Part shown: positions 49,264 to 59,500 of the stretch, piece after piece
Position numbering within the stretch: the first letter of the stretch is position 1
Layout: each line of letters opens with the position of its first letter
Assembly: GCF_003918875.1 (NCBI RefSeq)
Contig: NW_025767079.1
Coordinates: 5,022,001 to 5,086,000 of the forward strand
From: Haliotis rubra
Lineage: Eukaryota
Direction: 5' to 3'
DNA: 64,000 bases
The notes under the pieces: model-generated
Databases searched by the model: none
The model's input: only the letters and a program-made list of their open reading frames with translations
Told to the model about the DNA's origin: nothing
Program-made: the position numbers and the translations under genes

Positions 49264-49923
49264 TCATCTTCAAGGAATATTTACGACCGGTTGTAAATAG
49301 CTGAACCTGGGTCAGACAAACCAGGATTGATAAAGTATGAAAATGACCGCAAATGGAATACGATGACATTCAGTAAAGTCGCAGAACTTGACTACCGGAT
49401 GGCCATATTTATTTACTCTTGTGAGTAGGTGAAAAAGGTTTTGTGTAGCTTTTAGAAATATTCAAGCAATATCACGACTGGAAACAGCAAAAATGGGCTT
49501 CACATATTGTTCCTATCTGGAGAATCTAACCTGATTGTTGGGGGACGCCAGAGGTCATACAGACCCTGAAACAAACATATCCAAGAAAGCCATGCAGGTC
49601 TAGATTATGTCGCAAATCTGAAAATGAAGAAAGTCTCAGGGCCCCTTTTCATCATATTTTTTATTATGAACTGTTTTTTTCGTAAAATATAGAGACTAGT
49701 AGTTAGTCTACCTAGTGGGTAATCAAACCCGGGTCTTAGACGTGATGAGTGGACGCTCCAACCACTAGGTTACCACACCGGGGCTCTTATGACTAACAAC
49801 CATGAGTAATGAGGACCTATACTGTTGCCAAAAATTATAACGACTGCTTCTGAACATAATATGGTGGTAGTAATATGACGGTGCGTTCTCCATTCTCTTC
49901 CAGGTATCCGCTGAGACTGAAAA

Positions 49924-50982
49924 ATGCCGCCCACGGTAGACATATCCGAGCTGGAGAGTAAAGGTTACACTGTTGTGAAAGACGTGATGTCCCCAGACGA
50001 CTGTGACAGGTACATCAACATCTACAGACAGTGGCTTGCACAGTTCAATGATTCGTGGCCAATATCAAGCAACTCTCTGATCCAACGATACCAAATCGGT
50101 CACATGGAGCCTTCCTGGGGAAGCCGCCTCAAGGCCAAGAAGGTCTTCGAGCAGATATGGGGCACTGACCAACTTCTGACAAGCTTTGATGCAGTTGCAA
50201 TTGGGCGGCCACCTGAAGATGGCGAGGAGACGTTTGCCGTCCCTGGAAAGCATTGGCTCCATTGTGATCAGGGAGTAGAGCGAGTTGGGCTCCACGCCTA
50301 CCAAGGAGCCGTGTATTTAGAGGCTGCTGATGAGGATGACTGGACGTTCGAGGTTCTGGAAGGATCGCATGTGTTGCACAGTGATTTCTTTGAAGCTTCT
50401 CCAAGAGCGAAGATGAGAAGCATCACCAACAAGTTCTATGGGCTTACAGATGCAGACGTGGAGTGGTACACTGCGCACAATGGAGTTACACGCCGAAGGG
50501 TGCCAGCACCTAAAGGAGGGATGATCATATGGGATTCAAGACTCATCCATGCAAATGTTCGACCAAAGGAAAACAGACGCAAAACTGGAAGATGGAGATA
50601 CGTTGTGTTTGTTTCCATGGGCCCGACCGTTTGGGCTGGTAAGCAATATCTCAGACAGAAGAAGCAGGCATACCAAGGAATGAGGATGACATCCCACTGG
50701 CCCTGTAATGGGCTGGCAATGTTCTCGTATATGGAAGTAGGTGGGCCCATGGCAATAGACAAGCTACCAATCATAGCCTGCACAGACGATGCTAAACGTT
50801 TGGCAGGGGTTCTGTCCTATCCAGGCCCAAAGAAGGGACCGTCATGGAGGCCTCAATGGGCAGAGGGCAGCAAGGAAGGACATGAGCAGACAAGGTGGCT
50901 GACTCCACTATGGGTGGTACTGGGTGTTGCCGCGATATCCCTTGTCACTGCTCTTTCTGTGAAAAGAACTCTCATGAGATAA
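49924..50982 (+). CDS. PhyH-family Fe(II)/2-oxoglutarate dioxygenase, paralogue 2 (352 aa, C-terminal transmembrane anchor)
   Basis: LESKGYTVV; WLHCDQ; YQGAVYL; GSH; PKGGMIIWDSRLIHAN; WRYVVFVSM; C-terminal LWVVLGVAAISLVTALSV followed by KRTLMR; AATAAA at 51142. Confidence 0.92.
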   Translation: MPPTVDISELESKGYTVVKDVMSPDDCDRYINIYRQWLAQFNDSWPISSNSLIQRYQIGHMEPSWGSRLKAKKVFEQIWGTDQLLTSFDAVAIGRPPEDGEETFAVPGKHWLHCDQGVERVGLHAYQGAVYLEAADEDDWTFEVLEGSHVLHSDFFEASPRAKMRSITNKFYGLTDADVEWYTAHNGVTRRRVPAPKGGMIIWDSRLIHANVRPKENRRKTGRWRYVVFVSMGPTVWAGKQYLRQKKQAYQGMRMTSHWPCNGLAMFSYMEVGGPMAIDKLPIIACTDDAKRLAGVLSYPGPKKGPSWRPQWAEGSKEGHEQTRWLTPLWVVLGVAAISLVTALSVKRTLMR

Positions 50983-51261
50983 TCTGTTGAAAGGACCTGC
51001 AGATGATTATCTGCCATTGACATTTTTAATTAAATGAGAAGTATTGTTTGGACTGTGAGTGGGTTTACGTCACATTAGCATATTTATATACTACTGCATT
51101 GTGATCATGTCACCATGCACGTTCAATATGGCATCTTCTTAAATAAAAAACAAGACGTTAGAAGACGTTAGCGTACTAAAAAAAACAAAAACATTAACGT
51201 TTGGCGAACTACAAAACATTTCTCTCTGTATTGTGAATTCCACTCACGAGTGAGTAAGTAG

Positions 51262-51500
51262 TGAGTTTAGTTTTACGCCGCACTCAGCAATATCCCAGCT
51301 ATATGGCGGCGGTCTGTAAATAATCGAGTCCGGACCAGACAATCCAGTGATCAACAGCATGAGCATCTATTTGCGCAAATGGGAACCGATGACATGCGTC
51401 TGCCAAGTCAGCGAGCCTGACCACCTGATCCCGTTAGTCGCCTCTTACGACAAGCACGGGTTACTGAAGATCAATATTCTAACCCGGACCTTCAAGGGTA
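51262..51500 (-). mobile_element. SINE family A, full length
   Basis: Best-preserved family A copy. Confidence 0.88.
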
Positions 51501-51888
51501 TAAGTAGGTACCATGTCAAAGGAGAAAAAACATAATGCACGAACATATATCAAGTTCATAAATTAACCATTAACCAGATATATTTAGCAAGACGTTAGGA
51601 CCACATACTTGCAACAAAAAAAGAAAGGTTTAGCAAATTACCAAACATTTCCCCGAAGTCCCTTTTCACTGTATTGTGAGTTATAAGTCGGCATGTCATT
51701 GAGGAAACATAGAAGAGTTTCCTCCTGAGTTCTGAACTGCAATTCCGACAATACTAATTCAGATTTCAGCCGGATTTGTATTCAGGACATCTTGTCAGGT
51801 GTTAGTTGCAAGACAGCCATAGCTTCATTGTGAGCCTGAAGACAGACAGTTAAGGACGTTATGTGGTGAAAAAGATCCTGGTTATCAG

Positions 51889-51993
51889 GGTCCCGATCCA
51901 CAAAGCGTTCGTAACGTAACCTGTCGTAACTCTATAGTTTATCATTAGGCTTACGAATGTCTTAGCGCTACGAAGGCTTTGTGGGTCGGGACC
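51889..51993. mobile_element. Harbinger-like MITE (CAG target)
   Basis: GGTCCCGATCCACAAAGC / GCTTTGTGGGTCGGGACC flanked by CAG. Confidence 0.75.
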
Positions 51994-52227
51994 CAGGTGT
52001 CCTGGATTAAATTATATGAGACAATATCTTGACAAGGACTGTGCTCCACGAAATGGAGTATAAAAGAGATCAGTTGGTTATTGTGAAACTGGGGCGTCAT
52101 AACTGTGTTGTTCGTGGTCAACAAGCACGACAAAAAACTAATGGGTGGATGCAAGACCCCTTCGTCAATGATCGTGAGTATTCATATTAACACCATCAAA
52201 GTTTATTTTCTCAGTATTACATTAGTG

Positions 52228-52815
52228 TGTGAGTGAGTTTAGTTTTATGCCGCACTCAGCAATATTCCAGCTAGGCCATATAGCTTGAGGTCTGTAAATA
52301 ATCAAGTCTGGACCAGGCAATCCAGTGATAAAAAATATGAGCATCGATCTAAGCAATTGGGATACGATGACATATGTAAACCAAGTCAGTGAGCTTGACC
52401 ACCTGATCCGGTTAGTCGCCTCTTACAACCAGCATGGGTTACAGAAAGATCAATTCTAACCTGGATATGCAACGGTCTGAATGACATTGAACTGGATTGG
52501 GTTGTCCGGCCTAGATATTTGCAATTGGCTATTGTGTCATCATATTACAAAGGCTTTGGAAGTGGCATGCATTTACTTCTGGTTTGCTTGGTCTGGAGTT
52601 CATTATTTTCTATGTTGATATTGCTAGATGAATGCTGACCACTATGGAGAGCAACAAGTGAGTGAGTGAGTTTAGTTTTACGCCACTTTTAGCAATATTC
52701 CACCAATATCACGGGGGACACCAGAAATGGGCTTCACACATTGTACAGATGTGGGGAATTGAACCAGGGCCTTCAGCATGATGAGTGAAGCTTTAACCAC
52801 TAGGCTACCCCACCA
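52228..52815 (-). mobile_element. Family A SINE (52228-52475) and family B SINE (52658-52815) flanking a segment paralogous to 32030-32220
   Basis: Family matches; inverted similarity to 31960-32290. Confidence 0.8.
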
Positions 52816-55800
52816 CCAAACAAACAAAACAAAACAAAGCAAATTTAGAATTTATTGAACAACTGGAAAAAAGACTGATGATGAGACATACCAAAAAATG
52901 AATCTTCTGAGGCTGCGCAATGCTCTCAAGCTACAATGTCATCAAGGGAGAAAATGCTGGATTGTATTCCTATATTTACAGAAAACAAAACAGGGTTTTT
53001 CAATCATTACATTTTAATATCGAGTGTCCTGGTTAATGAGTCAACAGAAATTCAAGAGTAGACCTCTTAATAATAAATGATGGAAACAGTTTCTGAATCA
53101 TTGATTGTCAAGTACATCAAGACTATCTGTGACATTACAAATACTGCTATAGAAGGAAATTAACCATCAATACTCCATGGGCTTGTACACATTATATTCT
53201 TCACCTGTAGACACATCTGATTCAAATGGGGTGTGGAGGTGTTCTTTTGCAACAATTGAAATGGGTCTGTGTCGACCTATTGATGCTGAAGCATTCCTTC
53301 TCCATGCATGAATGCTTCAGGGAAAAAAACATTCCCTGAAATCAAATGATTTAGTGATTCAATAACTTCAATAATTTAATGTAATTAATTAAAGTGATTT
53401 TTAAAAGCCATTATTATTTTGAGGATGGGAACCTTTTGATGGAATTCTTTCTTTCAGTAGTACATAATGATCGTCATAAGATGTAGCGCTGGATTGTTAT
53501 GACAAACAACAAAAATGTGTTTCCCCAAAAAATTGTTATGTCCTCCTGCACAAACAAATTCTAAATGGTAGTCATAAACTCAATCTATTTGGGGGGTTGA
53601 ATTTAAGAAAGTTTCCTGCAGTTAAACATAGGGATCACAATGTATTTAACCAGTGTAGACATAGTGTTCATCAGTCTGGGCAGTCAATAACCAATAGTTG
53701 GAGGCAAAATAAGGTGGCCCCATTATTTGAGACACTGCTGGATGCATTGGTGAGAAAATATTCTCCACTGGAAAGAAAACTGCCCAATGTATTGATAGAT
53801 GAATGTAAATAATGTATGCAGACTCGTGATGTGTTGACAGTGGAATGAAAGGTCTTGGATAGTAAGTTTGATATCATTGTGCATCAGAATATGTTTATTT
53901 TCTACATTCAGTAACAGAACAGAAACCTTAAAGTTGCTGGACACAAGAGAAAACACATCTACTAAGACTAGAATTCCTTTCTCCCTGATGGCACAGGTAG
54001 CCTTGTCATCAAAGTTGATGTGGCAGAAACAATGATCATGGGCTGGGATCTCAGTTCACACTGGTTATTTTATTAGGTTTGTCAGTACGACATCTGTGCG
54101 TTTGGCTTCCAGTAAAGCGGTCACCATTCAGCGGGGACATGCATCATTTCATGTATTACTCGAACATCAATGTCATGTAACTGGAATACTATTCAAAGTG
54201 GCATTAAACCCAAATCACTCACTCATTGCATCCTTTCCAGTATCCTGATATCAATGAAACCATTTCAGACTGAGAAAGAGTTCAGTTTTATGCCACTTTG
54301 AAAAGTATTTCAGGGCCAATGTGGAATTTGACCCCAATACACGTGTCGAGGGTACAATAAAATAACACAACTCAGCACAATGAATAACATCAACAAAGAT
54401 GATAGGACTTCAAGTTTACCAATCACCACTTCAACATCAAAACGTTTAGAATTAAGTGAACTGGAAGCTTTCTAAAAACACATCATATTTATGAGTAGCA
54501 ATATTTTTAAAATGCATATCTAAATGAAATATCATGATTGGCAAACGTCAGGCAAAATATAGTAATCCAAACATGAATAAATGTTTAAAGATATTTGAAA
54601 ATACTCTTCTATCAAACAATTTGCAAACGCTTTCAATTTGTAAGGCACACTGTACAAAAATAGGAACAATTGAAAATTTCTTTGGGAAGAACCTCATTCA
54701 CAAAATGATTTCATGTATTAAAAGTATGTTCATTAACTGAATGACACAAAACAATACATTACACCCATGTAGTTTCATATCCATACTAAGTTGTTCAAAC
54801 CCATTAAGCCAAATAAGTACATTTGTCCTACTTGCCATAATAAGTTGCCCAAGTGCTTAAAAAATGACAAAGGGGAAATGCTTATTTCAACCACAAATTA
54901 CATCATTTGAGATAGGCAGAAAAACTAAGTCGAAACATCACAAGTAAGATATATTTCATAATAGTTACTTGGCAATCATGTATGCAACCTGCCCTGCTGT
55001 TTTCTAAGAAATCTCTAATGAACACAATACAGGATAGACTATCCAGTAACAGAGATGCTATTAGCCCAAATAGTAGTTTGGCCAGAAACTGATGCAAAAA
55101 TTAGTATTTTGGGGCCAGAATTAGTATTTTTTCCAAAGATATTTCATATTTAATAAAAAATCTATAGATATTCTAAGAACTTGTCATTAACATTGTACTC
55201 ACCTGAATCAGTATTAAGTATCCACATATAGCTAAATACAGAATAAAATGTGGTTGAAATTTATTGTGTATGGTACATATGCTATTTAATAATTTAATTT
55301 AATTTACAGTATTTTTTAAAATTTGTATATTTTTACTGCTATCATAGTCCTGTATTTTGTGTTGTTTTTTAGTAACAAATACGATCGTATGGGTTGGCAT
55401 CTCAGCAGTAAATTAGAAGGGAGTGTTTTTGTAAAGTTAACTTGCAGATGGATCTAGAAGTTTGTTGGCGGGAACTTATGTAGCAGGACATTAAATACAG
55501 CAAAAATAGGACATCCATTTGATGATGTTAAGCTTCAAGATTCACGGCACATTAAAAAAATATTCGGGATTGATGAAATATCTACTCACGTCAATTTTCA
55601 ACATGTTCAACAATATGTGGTGAAAAAATAAATCATGTGAAAAAAACCCATGAGACATCATTTTGCATGATAACAGTACATATTTTTACAAAAATATTAG
55701 GCATCAGTTATTTATTAAAGGGGGCTGTGGGTCAGGGTATTTTGATGAACTAATGTACAGTCATCCCTTGCAATAACGCTCTTCACGATACCATAATCTG

Positions 55801-56759
55801 TGGCTCCCATAAAAAAAAATGTTGGACAGTGATCAAACATCTTCACGTCATTGGAAATAGCAGAGCAACAAATCCACTGTGGCGCTCAGGTTACTCGTGT
55901 TCATAGTGAAATTCAGTGCGGATTACAATAAACAGTGTTCAATGTATGTATCCATGTATTTTTGTTTTTCAGATGCTTAAAAAAATTCAGGATTATCTTG
56001 AATAGTCGCACGAACATCGGAACATCGTAATAACTTATAAAAGGTAACTTTAACATAAAGACATGCCATCAGCCGAGTACTTATGATGTTTGCAGTGATG
56101 CAACACCTCGCGTTACTGTGCAGGTAAACACCGCCATCTGAACATGTATAATGTCAGAAAACACATAATAAAAATGTAATTTTTGGAGTAAAATTTATAT
56201 TTTATACTTATCCTGACTCATGCTCTTTTTGCTTGTCTTCTTCTTCTTGCGAACATAGTGGAACACTTGTATCTCCCTAATTGAAGCTCCCTTCAATTTA
56301 AAATCACTAATTAGTATTCACCACGAGTTACCTCCTTTCCACAAGCGCGGGAACGAGGGCGCCACCCGAACCCATGTGCCTCACTCTCTCCTCATATACT
56401 GAGCCCAACATTTGAATTTACAGGGAAATCCAAAGTGTTATTTGGGGAGGATGGGGAGGGCTGACCTCATGAGTCAGGATAAGTATAAAATATCAATTTT
56501 ACTCCAAAAATTACATATTTTTCCTTATCCTGACTCATGCTCTTTGCTTTGTAGCATCCTAATGAACGGAGGTGGGAATATCTAATACTTTGGATTTTTA
56601 ATAATTAGTGATTTGAACTGTGATGATTGTAATAACCCTATGGGAACTTCATAAAGGCACTGAACTGATGAATTCCTGCTGCTAACTTATCAGCTGCCAT
56701 ATAAAAGGTTATTACCATGTACTTATTATGATAAAGTATATATAACATTAATACAATGC

Positions 56760-58660
56760 TTAAGACTAATAGACTTAAGCTTGTTAATATCTTAGTATAA
56801 ACTCCTAAGAGTTTGTTAGCTAAAATACTTTAAGATATAACATAGTACTAAGCTTAAGATATGATTAAACTTAAGCTAATTATATAATAGCAAACTCTTT
56901 AGAGTTTGTTAGTTAATATACTTATATGATATAGATATAATGCTGAGCTTAAGATATGAATAAGCTTTAGCTACATATATAATAGCAAAAACTCTGTAGA
57001 GTTTGTTAGCTAATATATTTTTATAATATGAGTATAGTACTGTGCTTAAGCTATAATTAACTTAAGCTACATATATAATAGCCAAACTCTGTAGAGTTTG
57101 TTAGCTAATATATTTTTATAATATGAGTATAGTACTGTGCTTAAGCTATAATTAACTTAAGCTACATATATAATAGCCAAACTCTGTAGAGTTTGTTAGC
57201 TAATATATATTTATAATATTAGTATAGTACTGAGCTTAAGATATAATTAACTTAAGCTACATATATATAGCAAAACTCTGTAGGGTTTTGTTAGCTAATA
57301 TATTTTACAATATGAGTATAGTAGTGTGCTTAAGATATAATTAACTTAAGCTACATATATAATAGCAAAACTCCCAGAGTTTGTTAGCTAATATATTTTT
57401 ACAATATGAGTATAGTAGTGTGCTTAAGATATAATGAACTTAAGCTACATATATAATAGCAAAACTCCCAGAGAGTTTGTTAGCTAATATATTTTACAAT
57501 ATGAGTATAGTATTGTGCTTAAGATATTATTAACTTAAGCTACATATATAATAGCCAAAAACTCTGTAGAGTTTATTAGCTAATATGTTTATAGTGTAAC
57601 CATAGTACTAAGCTTAAGATAAGATTAGACTTAAGCTAAATGTATATAGCAAAATAAACTCCTTAGAGTTTATTAACTAATATACTTTTTATGTTTAAAA
57701 CATAGTACTGAGCTTAAGTTATGATGAAACTTAAGCCATATATATATATAATAACAAAACTCCCGGTCGGTTTTGTTAGCTAATACCTTTATAATGTAAA
57801 TATACTGCTTAAGATATGATGAAAACTTAAGCTAATTGTATAATAAGAAAACAACCCTTTAGAGTTTGTTAGCTATGATATAAACCTAGTATTGAGCTTA
57901 TGAAGGAAAACTTAAGCTACATATATAATAGCAAGAACTCCGTAGAGTTTGTTAGCTAATACATGTTATAATGTAACCATAAAGCTTAAAATATGATGAA
58001 ACTTAAGCGAAATATATAATAGCAAAACCCTCTTTTAGAGTTTTGATAGCTAATATACCTATATGATATAAACATAGTACTGCGCTTAAGATATGAATAA
58101 GCTTAAGTTACATATATAATAGCTAAAACTCTGTAGAGTTTGTTAGCTAATACATGTTATAATATAACCATATTGCTTAGAAATATGATGATACTTAAGC
58201 CAAATAGCAAAAAACTCTTTAGAGTTTGTTAGCTAATCTACTTATATGATATAAACATAGTACTAAGCTTAAGATATGAATAAGCTTAAGCTACCTATAT
58301 AATAGCAAAACTCCTTAGAGTTTGTTAGCCAATATATTTTAATAATATGAGTATAGTACTATGCTTAAGGTATAATTAGCTTAAGTTACCTATATAATAG
58401 TAAAACTCCCAGAGTTTGTTAGCTTAATTAACTTAAGCTATGTATAAAATAGCCAAAACTCTGTAGAGTTTGTTAGCTAATGCATTTATCATGTAACCAT
58501 AGTATTACTCTTAAGATATGAATAACTTAAGGTAAATATATATAATAACAAACTCTGTAGAGTTGTTAACTTATATATTGTATGATGTAATAATCATAGT
58601 ACTGTGATGATAAAAGGAACTTAAGTAAATTATATATAGCATGAAGCTATTTAGTATTGT
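56760..58660. repeat. ~95-bp AT-rich satellite (about 20 units) inside the DIRS element
   Basis: ACTCTGTAGAGTTTGTTAGCTAAT at 56991, 57086, 57181 and onward. Confidence 0.95.
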
Positions 58661-58689
58661 TATAAGATAAGTAAAAATCTGTTAGATTG

Positions 58690-59500
58690 ACTTATCTTCT
58701 CCGAGAACTGTCAGCTGTTGTGCGAGGACCATGGGATCAATTGGTGTATACCTGAGACGTCCTCGGTGGTGATATCTCTCAGATAATGGTTTGCAACCAC
58801 CATATCGATTTCCAGAAATAAACCCTCCATTATTTCAATCACATTTGTGTAGAACAATTGTAGAAGTTAGCTATAATATCATGAGTATTAAGCTCATGGA
58901 GGGTCGGAATAGGTCCATCCGCATATGCACGTAGTATGACAGTTCTGATCCAAATGGAGATATAGTACATGAGACTTCACTCTGCGTAAGTTGATGATAG
59001 AGGAAATAATCTGTTGCATTTTTCCTCCTGTTTGGTTTGGTGGAGATAAATTTACAGTGCTCTTGCAGGCCATCTTGATAGAATCATCGATCATGGGGTC
59101 CAAGTATGTCATCCAGGCGTGTTCATAAACCTCACTTGTGAGGTGTTGGAGCACTATATTCATATCCCCAGGTTGGGCGTGAAATTTCCGCTTTATTCTC
59201 CAAACAGAAGTTTAGTAGGTTTACTAACCATCTAGTTGTGTTAGTCGCTTGATGAAATTCAGCTGTAGTCTGAAACGCTGTGGATTTAGATCCACTTGTA
59301 TCTTTCGTCTCAGGTAATTCGCCGCTAAGTCCTTGACGATGTAGGTGCACAACCAGGTGTGTCTGTCCTCGCTGAACTTTATGTAAATTAAAGCCTGACT
59401 GCCGATCCCTCGCCTTAACTTGACAGGGGGAGGTCTCTAACTTGAAGAAAGGCAGTCTAATCATGAATGTTCAGGTTAACTGGACTGTAATGAGGCTTGC
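58690..59500 (-). pseudogene. DIRS tyrosine recombinase remnant
   Basis: Minus strand gives ISIWIRTVILRAY, then NTHDI, WKS, VANHYLRDITTEDVSG and PMVLAQQ across frameshifts. Confidence 0.75.
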
